Source: Pseudomonas aeruginosa
Lineage (GTDB): Bacteria > Pseudomonadota > Gammaproteobacteria > Pseudomonadales > Pseudomonadaceae
Reading direction: 5' to 3'
DNA length: 32,000 bases
NCBI RefSeq assembly: GCF_001457615.1
Contig: NZ_LN831024.1
Coordinates: 3,960,001 to 3,992,000, forward strand
Below the pieces are notes generated by a model. The model did not search any database. It worked only from the letters and a program-made list of their open reading frames with translations, and had not been told where the DNA came from. The position numbers and the translations under genes were made by a program. Each line of letters starts with the position of its first letter. Positions within the stretch are counted from its first letter, which is position 1. Of the stretch, positions 17,347-25,978 are shown one piece after another.

Positions 17347-19770
17347 ATGAGGCGCGCCAGCCTGCATATGTTGCTCTGCCAGTTCGCCATGGCCCTGGGC
17401 CTGCTCCTGAGCCTGGGCAGCGAGGCCTGGGCCGCCAGGCCGGCTCCGCAGGCGGCCGTCGACCTGGAAGCGCCGCCCGCCCTGGCCGAGGACGCCAGCC
17501 TCGACCAGCTCAACGCGCAACTCGACCTGATCCGCCAGCGCGTTACCGCCGACGCCAGCGACGACCTCCTCGCCGAGTTGCGCCAGAGCGCGCTGCAAGT
17601 CCAGCGCCAGGCCGACGCCCTGCTCGCGCTACGGGTGGCCGACATCGAGCGGCTCGACGATCAGTTGAAAGTGATCGGCCCGCCGCAGCCCGACGAGGCG
17701 GAAAGCCTCGCCGCCCAGCGCCAGGCCCTGACCCGGCAGAAGAACGCCCTGCTCGATGACGAACGCCAGGCCACCCAGCTCGGCCAGTCGTCCCGCGACC
17801 TGGCGGCACAGATCGTCAACCTGCGCCGCAGCCTGTTCAACTCGCAGATCAGCAGCCGCGCGGCGACACCGTTCAGCCCGAGCTTCTGGTCGACCCTGAT
17901 CCGTCCCACCGACGACGACCTGCGCCGGCTGGACAAGCTGAAGGCGGAGGCCCTGGTCGCCTTCGACAGCGCCATCGCGCCCGGACACCGCTGGGCCTTC
18001 GCCGGAACCCTGCTGGCCACCGTGCTGGTCTGGAGCTTCGGCCGCCGCCTGCTGGAGCGCATGCTTACCTGGGCGATGATCCGCTGGCTGCCGGAAGGCC
18101 GCCTGCGGCGCAGCGCCCTGGCCCTGGCGGTCGGGCTGGCGACCATCCTGACCATCGTCGGCGCGGTGTCGCTGATGCGCTGGGGCCTGGAAAGCAACGC
18201 CAGCCTGAGCCCCGACATGGCCAGCCTGACCGATCAACTGGTGAGCCTGGCGACCTTCTGCGCCTTCATCGCCGGCCTCGGCCGCGCCCTGCTGATGCTG
18301 CCGCGACCATCCTGGCGGCTGCCGGCGATCCCGGACAGGATCGCCAGCGCCCTCGGCCCGTTCCCGGCGATCCTCGCGGTGGCGCTGATGCTGGTGGCCA
18401 CCGAGGAACGGATCAACAGCGTCACCGGCACCAGCCTGGCCCTGACCGTCGCCCTCAACGGCCTGACCGCGCTGGTCACCGCGCTGATCTTCGCCGCCGC
18501 CCTGCTGCGCTACCACCATGTGCGGCGCAAGCACGACCTGGAGCGGCCAGGCGGGATCGCCGGGCTGATCCCCTTCGTCGCCTCGGTATGGATCGCGGCG
18601 ATCCTCCTCGCCCTGTTCACCGGCTACCTGTCGCTGGCCTACTTCCTCACCGGCAAGCTGCTGTGGATCAGCGTAATCGCGGCCACCACCTACCTGCTGA
18701 TCGCTTTCTTCGGCGACATCTGCGAAACCCTGCTCTCGCCCAAGCATCCCAGCGGCCTGGCGCTGGCCAATGCGCTCGGCCTGTCGCCGCGCCACCAGGC
18801 CCAGGCCAGCACGGTGCTGGCCGGGGTCGGCCGCACCCTGCTGCTGCTCACCGCGCTGCTGCTGGCCTTCCTTCCGGTCGGCTCGAGCCCCAGCGAACTG
18901 CTGCAGGGCTTCGCCCAACTGGGCGAAAGCAGCAAGACCCTGGGCAACCTGAACATCGTCCCGCAGGACATCCTGGTCGCCCTGCTGCTGTTCGTCGGCG
19001 GCCTGTTCGCCCTGCGCATCGTCAAGCGCTGGCTGAGCGAGCGGTTGCTGCCGGAAACCAACATGGACGCCGGCATGCGCGCCTCGCTGGTGACCCTGGT
19101 CGGCTACCTCGGCTTCGTGCTCCTGGCGATGCTGGTGATGTCCACCCTGCGCATCAACCTGACCAGCCTGACCTGGGTGGTCAGCGCCCTCTCGGTAGGC
19201 ATCGGCTTCGGCCTGCAGGCCATCGTGCAGAACTTCATTTCCGGCCTGATCCTGCTGACCGAGCGGCCGGTGAAGGTCGGCGACTGGGTCAGCCTGGGCG
19301 GGGTCGAGGGCGATATCCGGCGGATCAACGTGCGCGCCACCGAGATCCAGATGGGCGACCGCTCCACGGTGATCGTGCCGAACTCGCAGTTCATCTCCCA
19401 GACCGTGCGCAACGTGACCATGGGCAATGCCCTCGGGGTGGTCGGGGTGAACCTGACCCTGCCGCTGGACACCGACGCGATGAAGGTCCGCGAACTGCTC
19501 CTGCAGGCCTTCGCCGAACACCCGGCGATCCTCGACGCACCGGCGCCCTCGGTGACGTTCAAGGATCTCGCCAGCAACGGCCTGGTGCTCAACGCCAGCG
19601 GCTTCGTCAACAGCCCGCGTTCGGTGGCCGGCGCGCGCAGCGACCTGCTCTTCACCATCCTCGACCGCTTGCGCAGCGAAGGCATCGCGCTGTCCTCGCC
19701 GCAGAGCCTGCTGATGATCCAGGATGGCGGCCCGGCCAGCGCCGCGCCTGCGCCCGCGACGCCCGATTGA
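17347..19770 (+). CDS. Large mechanosensitive channel of the MscK/KefA (MscS) family
   Basis: ORF of 807 aa with AAGGGGGA SD upstream. It has an N-terminal signal-like segment and a long coiled-coil-like periplasmic region, followed by multiple TMs. The C-terminal MscS domain carries GFGLQAIVQNFISGLILLTERPVKVGDWV. Confidence 0.88.
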   Translation: MRRASLHMLLCQFAMALGLLLSLGSEAWAARPAPQAAVDLEAPPALAEDASLDQLNAQLDLIRQRVTADASDDLLAELRQSALQVQRQADALLALRVADIERLDDQLKVIGPPQPDEAESLAAQRQALTRQKNALLDDERQATQLGQSSRDLAAQIVNLRRSLFNSQISSRAATPFSPSFWSTLIRPTDDDLRRLDKLKAEALVAFDSAIAPGHRWAFAGTLLATVLVWSFGRRLLERMLTWAMIRWLPEGRLRRSALALAVGLATILTIVGAVSLMRWGLESNASLSPDMASLTDQLVSLATFCAFIAGLGRALLMLPRPSWRLPAIPDRIASALGPFPAILAVALMLVATEERINSVTGTSLALTVALNGLTALVTALIFAAALLRYHHVRRKHDLERPGGIAGLIPFVASVWIAAILLALFTGYLSLAYFLTGKLLWISVIAATTYLLIAFFGDICETLLSPKHPSGLALANALGLSPRHQAQASTVLAGVGRTLLLLTALLLAFLPVGSSPSELLQGFAQLGESSKTLGNLNIVPQDILVALLLFVGGLFALRIVKRWLSERLLPETNMDAGMRASLVTLVGYLGFVLLAMLVMSTLRINLTSLTWVVSALSVGIGFGLQAIVQNFISGLILLTERPVKVGDWVSLGGVEGDIRRINVRATEIQMGDRSTVIVPNSQFISQTVRNVTMGNALGVVGVNLTLPLDTDAMKVRELLLQAFAEHPAILDAPAPSVTFKDLASNGLVLNASGFVNSPRSVAGARSDLLFTILDRLRSEGIALSSPQSLLMIQDGGPASAAPAPATPD

Positions 19771-19774
19771 AGCG

Positions 19775-19821
19775 AAGGGGCGGACTGGCCGTCACGCAAC
19801 GGGTAGAATCCGCCCCTTTTT
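19775..19821 (+). terminator. Rho-independent terminator after the MscK-like gene
   Basis: AAGGGGCGGA (19775..19784) pairs with TCCGCCCCTT (19809..19818), followed by a T-run. The loop contains a nested CCGT/ACGG stem. It starts 5 nt after the stop codon. Confidence 0.6.
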
Positions 19822-19836
19822 CAACGCCGAACCGCC

Positions 19837-20778
19837 ATGAATCGCGAAGCCCTCGATACCCTCCTCCAGCACCTGCTCGCCGCGCTGTCCCCGGCGCCGG
19901 CGGAGACCCGCCGTCTGTTCCATGGTCGCGGCCGCTGCTGGCCGGGCCTGGAACAATTGACCGCGGACTGGCTGCAGGGCGTCCTGCTGGTGACTCTGTT
20001 CAAGGAGCCGCAGCCGGAGGAACTGCAGGCCTTGCGCCGGACCCTGGGGCAACTGACCACGGCGCCGGCCTGGGCTGCGAGCCAGGGCCGGCACCTGGTC
20101 CTGCAGCACCGCTACCGCCCAGACAGCGCCTGCGAATGGCTTTCGGGCGAGCCGCTGGAAACCTGGGACATCGTGGAAAACGGACTGCGCTTCCGCCTCG
20201 ACCTGGGGCGCAACCAGAACACCGGGCTGTTCCTCGACATGCGCCTGGGCCGCCGCTGGGTGCAGGAGCAGGCCGCCGGCCGCCGCGTGCTCAACCTGTT
20301 CGCCTACACCTGCGGCTTCTCGGTGGCGGCCATTGCCGGCGGCGCCAGCCAGGTGGTCAACCTGGACATGGCCCGCGGCCCGCTCAACCGCGGCCGCGAC
20401 AATCACCGCCTGAACGGCCACGACCTCGGCCGGGTGAGCTTCCTCGGCCACGAACTGTTCAAGTCCTGGGGCAAGCTGCGCAAGCTCGGCCCGTACGACC
20501 TGGTGATCGTCGATCCGCCGAGCTTCCAGAAAGGCAGCTTCGTCCTGACCCAGGACTACCGCAGGATCCTCCGCCGCCTGCCGGAACTGCTGGTGCCCGG
20601 CGGCACCCTGCTGGCCTGTATCAATGACCCGGCCATCGGCCCCGACTTCCTCCTCGAGGAAACGGCCCGCGAGGCGCCGTCGCTGCACTTCGTCGAACGC
20701 CTGGAGAATCCGCCGGAGTTCCCCGATGTCGACCCCGCGGCGGGCCTCAAGGCGCTGCTGTTCCGCAACGCAGACTGA
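19837..20778 (+). CDS. Class I SAM-dependent methyltransferase (RlmI/YccW-like catalytic domain, no PUA domain)
   Basis: ORF of 313 aa. It has SAM motif I (VLNLFAYTCGFSVAA) and the DPPSF catalytic motif (LVIVDPPSFQKGSF), typical of the RlmI/RlmK-type methyltransferase domain. Confidence 0.8.
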   Translation: MNREALDTLLQHLLAALSPAPAETRRLFHGRGRCWPGLEQLTADWLQGVLLVTLFKEPQPEELQALRRTLGQLTTAPAWAASQGRHLVLQHRYRPDSACEWLSGEPLETWDIVENGLRFRLDLGRNQNTGLFLDMRLGRRWVQEQAAGRRVLNLFAYTCGFSVAAIAGGASQVVNLDMARGPLNRGRDNHRLNGHDLGRVSFLGHELFKSWGKLRKLGPYDLVIVDPPSFQKGSFVLTQDYRRILRRLPELLVPGGTLLACINDPAIGPDFLLEETAREAPSLHFVERLENPPEFPDVDPAAGLKALLFRNAD

Positions 20779-20813
20779 TCGACGCGCGGGCGGCGTGTCG
20801 CTAGGCTGTCGGC

Positions 20814-21572
20814 ATGGACATGCCCGATGGCTTCATCCCCCTGCCGCCACGCGTCGAACCGCAGGCGGCCTTTCGCCCCCTGCTCGACGACCTGCGCCGA
20901 ACCCTGGCCCGGCCTCCGTTCGAGCGGGCCGTGCACAGCATCTACCTGTACGGCAGCGTCGCCCGCGGCGAGGCCATCACGGGGCGCTCCGACCTCGACC
21001 TGACCCTGGTCCTGCGCGACCCGCCCAGCCCCGAACTGGCCGCGCAACTGGAAACCGCGCGCCTGGCATTGCAGGCGCGCCACCCGGAAGTCAGCAAGAT
21101 CGATTTCGATATCGGCCACCTGGACCAGGCCCGCGATCCGGCCAACCGCGATAGCTGGGGCTATTGGCTCAAGCACCGCTGCCGCTGCCTGTGGGGCGAA
21201 GACCTGGCCAGCGCCCTGCCGCCCTTGCGTCCGGCGAAAGCCATCGCCCTGGCCCTCAACGGCGACTATGCGCAGGTGCTGGAAGACTATGCGCGACGCC
21301 TGGAAAGCGCGTCCTCGGAGGAGGAGCGCCGCCGCCTGCAACGAGAAGCGGCGAAGAAGCTGATCCGCTCCAGCGACATCCTTCGCGGGGAGACGGAGAG
21401 CGTCTGGCCGGAGACCCTGGAGCATTACCTGGCGCTGTTTCGCGCGCGGCACCCCGGACAGGCGCCGGCCCTGGAATATTTCAAGGCCGTGCTGGACGAC
21501 CAGGTCACCGACCCGGCGGTGTTCATCGAGCGCCTGCGCGCATTCAGCGCCTGGATGCAGCGCCAGGCGTAG
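20814..21572 (+). CDS. Pol-beta-superfamily nucleotidyltransferase domain protein (AadA/ANT-like N-terminal motif)
   Basis: ORF of 252 aa. The motif IYLYGSVARGEAITGRSDLDLTLVL matches the hG[GS]x9-13Dh[DE]h NTase signature and resembles the AadA-type LYGS...SDIDL pattern. The C-terminal half is unassigned. Confidence 0.75.
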   Translation: MDMPDGFIPLPPRVEPQAAFRPLLDDLRRTLARPPFERAVHSIYLYGSVARGEAITGRSDLDLTLVLRDPPSPELAAQLETARLALQARHPEVSKIDFDIGHLDQARDPANRDSWGYWLKHRCRCLWGEDLASALPPLRPAKAIALALNGDYAQVLEDYARRLESASSEEERRRLQREAAKKLIRSSDILRGETESVWPETLEHYLALFRARHPGQAPALEYFKAVLDDQVTDPAVFIERLRAFSAWMQRQA

Positions 21573-21591
21573 CCCGCCGAGACGGTCGTCC

Positions 21592-23571
21592 TCAGCGTCG
21601 GGCCAACAGGGCCGTGGCGCCCTGGGCCTTGCGCGTGTACCAGAGCACCCGGCTGACGCCACGGGTGATCGCCACGTAGGCCAGGCGCAGGCTTTCGTCC
21701 TCCATGGCCTGGTCGTAGCTGTTGCGGAAGAAACCCGATGCCGCGTACAGCGCGTTGCGCAACGGATGCTTCTCGCCCGGCAGGCAGTCGTCGACGACGA
21801 TCGCCACTTCGGCCTGGAGGCCCTTGGCGCGATGGATGGTCATGCCCTTCACCGGCAGCGCGCGATCCAACTCCGCCTGGATCGCCTGCAACGGCTCGTT
21901 GCGCCGGCTCAGCAACAGCACCGCGGTGCGCTCGCTGCGCTCGCGAGCGGCGGCGTGCTCGCACTGGGCGCGGATTTCCGCCAGTAGCTTCGGCAGTTGC
22001 GCACGCAGGTCGAAACGCTGCACCAGCTTCACGCCATGGTCGCCCGGCTGGATCGGGCGGAACGCGCGGCAGGTCTTGTCCTGCTTGAAACGCACCCCGG
22101 CCAGCACCTTCTCGCCGTCGCGAATGATCGGTTCGACGGAGCGGTAGTTGGTTTCCAGCACCAGCAGCGCGCTCTTGCGTCCCCGCCCACGCGAGGGGAA
22201 GTGCCGGTCGAAGTCGATGAACAGCTCCGGCGAACTGCCGCGCCAGCCGTAGATCGACTGCCAGTCGTCGCCGATGGCCATCAGGCTCGGCGCGGTGCCC
22301 TGGTTCGCCAGGCGGCGGTGCAACGCCTGTAGCCAGAGGACGATCTGCGGCGAGACATCCTGGAACTCGTCGATCAGCAGATGGGTGAACGGCGCCAGCG
22401 CCGTTTCCGCCAGGGCCCCGCCGGCCATCCGCTCGCCGAGCTGCTGGAACGCGGCGTCGAAGGTCATCAGGCCCTCCTCGCGCAACAGCGCCTGGAACCT
22501 CGCCCAGAACAGTGCCATGGCTTCGACGAAGATCTTCTCGCGCAGCCCGCATTCCAGCTTGCCACTGTCCAGGCGTTCGACGCGCAGGCCCAGGCTCTCG
22601 GCGAACCCGGCCTGGGCATGGAAGGCTTCGTACAGCGGCAGCGCCTGGAACTCGCCGGCCAGCTTGAACGGCTCCAGCGGCGCCTTCGGCTGCCGCCGCG
22701 CGCCCTCTTCCGGCTCCGCCGGCGGCGGCAGTTCCAGCAGCTTGTGGGTCTTGGCGCGGAACGCCGGGCTTTCCGCGTAGCACTGCTGGTAGGCCTGCTT
22801 CAGCAGGCGCTGCTGGGCCGGACGCAGGCGTCCGGCGGCAAGGGGGTTGTCCGGCTCGGCGGCGGGGTCGCGGTCGTCCAGTTGTTCGAACCAGCGCGGA
22901 TTGCCGAGCACCTCGCGGGCCAGGCTGCCGAGCGCCGAATGGAAAGTGCGCACGCACTGCCGCGCCTGGGCCGCGTCGAACGGGTACTGCCAGTGCGCGA
23001 GCAACCGCAGCAATTGTTCACGCAACTGCGCACAGGAAGCGTTGGTGAAGGAAATCACTGTCAGCCGCTGCGGCTCGACGCCCAGGTGGCAGAGCATGAA
23101 CACCACCCGCAGGACCAGGGTGGTCGACTTGCCCGAGCCGGCACCGGCGAAGATCCGCGCCAGCGGCTGGCGGCAGAGGATCATCGCCCACTGTTCCTCG
23201 GACGGCGGGCTGACCACACCGAGCGTCACGGCCTGCGCCACCTGCTCGCGCATGGCGCGCTCCTGGGATTCGTCGACCTTCAGTGCGGCAGCCGGATAGA
23301 TTCCCTGCGGCGCGCCCTGCGAGGCGGCAGCGGGCTTGCGCGGGGTCCCCCGAACGGCGCCCTTCGCAGGCTTGCCGGCGGCCTTGGCCGGAGCCTTCGC
23401 GGCGTTCTTCCTGGAGCGGGCCTTGGCCGGCTGCAACAAGGCTTCGCGAGCCTCGCGCTCGGCCTGCAGGTAGGCGGTGGTACGCGGGAAACAACGCGCC
23501 AGGGCGCTGGAGAGCATCGACTTGTAGCGCCGTACGGCAGACAGCATCGGGGACCGGTCCAGACAAAGCAT
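21592..23571 (-). CDS. UvrD/Rep-type superfamily-1 DNA helicase with an N-terminal Lys/Ala/Pro-rich tail
   Basis: ORF of 659 aa. It has Walker A (FAGAGSGKSTT), motif II (LLIDEFQDV), motif III (GDDWQSIYGWRG), motif V (TIHRAKGLQAEV) and motif VI (LAYVAITRG). The N-terminal segment reads PAKARSRKNAAKAPAKAAGKPAKGAVRGTPRKPAAAS. The start is uncertain because there is no clear SD; in-frame Met codons occur at residues 9 and 19. Confidence 0.85.
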   Translation of the reverse strand: MLCLDRSPMLSAVRRYKSMLSSALARCFPRTTAYLQAEREAREALLQPAKARSRKNAAKAPAKAAGKPAKGAVRGTPRKPAAASQGAPQGIYPAAALKVDESQERAMREQVAQAVTLGVVSPPSEEQWAMILCRQPLARIFAGAGSGKSTTLVLRVVFMLCHLGVEPQRLTVISFTNASCAQLREQLLRLLAHWQYPFDAAQARQCVRTFHSALGSLAREVLGNPRWFEQLDDRDPAAEPDNPLAAGRLRPAQQRLLKQAYQQCYAESPAFRAKTHKLLELPPPAEPEEGARRQPKAPLEPFKLAGEFQALPLYEAFHAQAGFAESLGLRVERLDSGKLECGLREKIFVEAMALFWARFQALLREEGLMTFDAAFQQLGERMAGGALAETALAPFTHLLIDEFQDVSPQIVLWLQALHRRLANQGTAPSLMAIGDDWQSIYGWRGSSPELFIDFDRHFPSRGRGRKSALLVLETNYRSVEPIIRDGEKVLAGVRFKQDKTCRAFRPIQPGDHGVKLVQRFDLRAQLPKLLAEIRAQCEHAAARERSERTAVLLLSRRNEPLQAIQAELDRALPVKGMTIHRAKGLQAEVAIVVDDCLPGEKHPLRNALYAASGFFRNSYDQAMEDESLRLAYVAITRGVSRVLWYTRKAQGATALLARR

Positions 23572-23717
23572 GTGGCTGAATCATAAGTGTTTTCCGCCCT
23601 CGGCCGACAGTCGGACGCGGACCGCCCATCGCGCCAGGGCAACCCTTGCGCGACCGCGCCGGTCTACCCTTCGGGCCCTGCCGGCCTGCCAACTCAGCGA
23701 AAACAAGGAGCCTACCC

Positions 23718-23945
23718 ATGAGCGATTGGGCAATCACCTACAGCAAGGACGAAGCCACCGAGCGCCAAGTCCTGCCGTTCCCCCACAAGCCGAGCCCCGA
23801 AGAGGTCGCCGAGCACCTGCTGGAATGGGCCGAGGCCAACCTCAAGCCGGGCCACTACAGCACCGGCAAGCTGGAAAGCGACGAGCCGGCGGAACTGCTG
23901 CTGCGCCGCTTCGGCATCGTCGTCACCGGCATCGCCGAAGCCTGA
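23718..23945 (+). CDS. Small acidic hypothetical protein (75 aa)
   Basis: Track ORF 23646..23945 is trimmed to ATG 23718, which has a strong AAGGAG SD 7 nt upstream. The product begins MSDWAITYSKDEATERQVLPFPHKPSPEEVAEHLLEWAEANL. I recognise no family. Confidence 0.7.
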   Translation: MSDWAITYSKDEATERQVLPFPHKPSPEEVAEHLLEWAEANLKPGHYSTGKLESDEPAELLLRRFGIVVTGIAEA

Positions 23946-23953
23946 TCCCTCCC

Positions 23954-23978
23954 GCGACCGGCAGACGCCGGTCGCTTC
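23954..23978 (+). terminator. Stem-loop terminator candidate after the 75-aa gene
   Basis: GCGACCGGC-agac-GCCGGTCGC is a perfect 9-bp stem with a 4-nt loop, starting 9 nt after the stop. It is followed by TTCC, a weak U-tract. Confidence 0.5.
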
Positions 23979-24075
23979 CGCCGATAAACGCCTGCTCCGC
24001 CAAGCCTACGAACGCGCCAGCCGCGTACCTGGGCCGCTGGGCCAAGCGACGGTTTTGCTCCGGCCACACAGCATC

Positions 24076-24708
24076 TCAGCGCTCGCCAAGGGCGGCGAGA
24101 TAGGCGCAGAGCATATCGGCCAGGGCCTCAGCGTAACGCTCGATCTCCGCCTCGCTGCGCGGCTGTTCGGAGAACTGCTTGCCGACCGCGCCGAGGGTGG
24201 TGGTGAGCAAGTCGCCGGCCAGGCTGCGCTCGGCCTCGGCGACCTCCGGCAAGGCCTCCCGGAGAAACGCCTGGAACACCCGCGCGCCCTCCGCCTTCAC
24301 CTCCCGCGCCTCGTCGGCGTCGCGATACAGCGGCGCCGCGTCGCTCAGCGCCACGCGTATCGCCGCCTCTTCGCACTCCGAGCGCACGAATGCCAGCACC
24401 AGCCGGCGCAAGCGCTCCAGCGGCGGCCGGGTGGTGTCCTCGAGGATCTCGCCGAGCAGACGCGTGGTGCGCCGCCACTCGTCGCTTTGCAGGCGGAAGA
24501 GGATCGCCGCCTTGTTCGGGAAATACTGGTACAGCGAACCGATGCTCACCCCGGCGCGCTCCGCCACCCGCGCGGTGGTGAAACGTTGCGCGCCTTCGCT
24601 GGCCAGAACCTGAACAGCCGCCTCCAGGATGCTCGCCACCAACTCGCTGGAACGGGCCTGCTGCGGCTGCTTGCGCGAGGAAATACGCGGGTTTCGCTTG
24701 TCGCTCAT
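24076..24708 (-). CDS. TetR-family transcriptional repressor
   Basis: ORF of 210 aa with an N-terminal TetR HTH (FTTARVAERAGVSIGSLYQYFPNKAAIL). Confidence 0.9.
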   Translation of the reverse strand: MSDKRNPRISSRKQPQQARSSELVASILEAAVQVLASEGAQRFTTARVAERAGVSIGSLYQYFPNKAAILFRLQSDEWRRTTRLLGEILEDTTRPPLERLRRLVLAFVRSECEEAAIRVALSDAAPLYRDADEAREVKAEGARVFQAFLREALPEVAEAERSLAGDLLTTTLGAVGKQFSEQPRSEAEIERYAEALADMLCAYLAALGER

Positions 24709-24718
24709 GGAAGGCTCC

Positions 24719-24757
24719 GGAATGCGAATGGCGGAATGCGATGAATCCGTCGCATTC
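24719..24757. promoter_or_regulatory. Candidate TetR operator: palindrome GAATGCGA-N8-TCGCATTC (24734..24757) plus an extra direct copy of GGAATGCGA (24719..24727)
   Basis: Read directly. It lies in the 92-bp divergent region between the TetR gene (start 24708) and the O-methyltransferase gene (start 24801). Three copies of one 8-9-mer within 39 bp are unlikely to occur by chance. Confidence 0.55.
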
Positions 24758-24800
24758 TAGGTCCACGCACTTACGCGCTCAAACATTCCCGGAGCCATCC

Positions 24801-25466
24801 ATGAATACCCTCACCAACGCCCCGCTCGCCGATCTCCTGCAACGCCTGTTCGCCGAAGCCGAAGCCAGCGCACCGGGCGACAGTCCCGCCCTCGCCGACC
24901 TCTCGGAGGCCGAACTGAAGCGCCTCATGGGCAGCAAGACCGAATACCGCGAGTTCTACGGCCGCCTGAAGGACCTGGCGCTGCCCGTCTCCCGCGAAAC
25001 CGGCTGCCTGCTCTACATGCTGGCGCGCAGCAGCTCGGCGCGCAGCATCGTCGAGTTCGGCACGTCCTTCGGCCTGTCCACTCTGCACCTCGCCGCAGCG
25101 CTGCGGGACAACGGCGGTGGCCGCCTGATCGGCAGCGAGTTCGAACCCTCCAAGGCCGAGCGGGCACGGCGCAACCTGGCCGCCGGGGGGCTGCTCGACC
25201 TGGTGGAACTGCGCGAGGGTGATGCCCTGCAAACCCTCGCCAAGGACCTGCCGGACAGCATCGACCTGGTCCTGCTGGACGGCGCCAAGGCGCTCTATCC
25301 GGAGGTCCTCGCCCTGCTGGAAAGCCGCCTGCGCCCCGGCGCGCTGGTGATCGCCGACAACGCCGAGCATAGTCCCGAGTACCTGGCCCATGTCCGCTCG
25401 CCGGCCAACGGCTACCTGACGACGCCCTTCGCCGAGGATGTCGAGCTGTCCATGCGCCTGGGCTGA
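24801..25466 (+). CDS. Class I SAM-dependent O-methyltransferase (caffeoyl-CoA OMT-like / family 3 type)
   Basis: Track ORF 24741..25466 is trimmed to ATG 24801 (GGAG 8 nt upstream), giving 221 aa. It has SAM motif I (IVEFGTSFGLSTLHLAAAL) and LVLLDGAK, analogous to the cation-dependent OMT DADK motif. Confidence 0.8.
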   Translation: MNTLTNAPLADLLQRLFAEAEASAPGDSPALADLSEAELKRLMGSKTEYREFYGRLKDLALPVSRETGCLLYMLARSSSARSIVEFGTSFGLSTLHLAAALRDNGGGRLIGSEFEPSKAERARRNLAAGGLLDLVELREGDALQTLAKDLPDSIDLVLLDGAKALYPEVLALLESRLRPGALVIADNAEHSPEYLAHVRSPANGYLTTPFAEDVELSMRLG

Positions 25467-25543
25467 AGCCTAGCGACTGACGGCGTCTCGCGGGTTTGCT
25501 AGGGTCTGGCTCATGCCGCCCGGACAGCTCGAAGGAGACCCGT

Positions 25544-25951
25544 ATGACCCGTGACCGACTCGCCGAGCGCTACCGCGCCTACATCGACTGCCTGAACCGC
25601 CAGGACTGGGCGCGCCTGGGCGACTTCGTCCATGACCGGGTGCGCTACAACGACGTGCAGATCGGACTCGACGGCTACCTGCGGATGCTCGAAGGCGACT
25701 TCCTGGCAATCCCCGACCTGCGCTTCGAGATCGAACGCCTGCTCGTCGATCCGCCGGGCGTCGCCTGCCGCCTGCACTTCGACTGCACACCCAGCGGCCG
25801 GCTGTTCGGCATCCCGGTCAACGGCCAGCGGGTACGCTTCGCCGAGAACGTCTTCTACGAATTCGAAGACGAGCGCATCGCCGGCGTCTGGTCGGTGATC
25901 GACAAGGCGGCGGTCGCCGCGCAGGTTCAGGCGACGCCGCCGTCGTCCTGA
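25544..25951 (+). CDS. SnoaL-like polyketide-cyclase / ester-cyclase family protein (NTF2 fold)
   Basis: Track ORF 25496..25951 is trimmed to ATG 25544 (AAGGAG SD), giving 135 aa. The patterns YRAYIDCLNRQDWARLGDFVHDRVRYN and FAENVFYEFEDERIAGVWSVID are typical of the predicted ester cyclase family. Confidence 0.8.
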   Translation: MTRDRLAERYRAYIDCLNRQDWARLGDFVHDRVRYNDVQIGLDGYLRMLEGDFLAIPDLRFEIERLLVDPPGVACRLHFDCTPSGRLFGIPVNGQRVRFAENVFYEFEDERIAGVWSVIDKAAVAAQVQATPPSS

Positions 25952-25978
25952 GGCGCCAGGGCACTGCGGGCCGACCAT

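Noticed and set aside
19837-23945. The methyltransferase, nucleotidyltransferase, helicase and small-protein cluster as a phage-defence or mobile island.
   Set aside because: There are no integrase, transposase, tRNA or flanking-repeat signatures. GC content and codon style are indistinguishable from the neighbouring genes. The genes lie on different strands with separate terminators, and the synteny matches what I recall of the conserved core genome. I kept it only as a low-key functional question in the findings.
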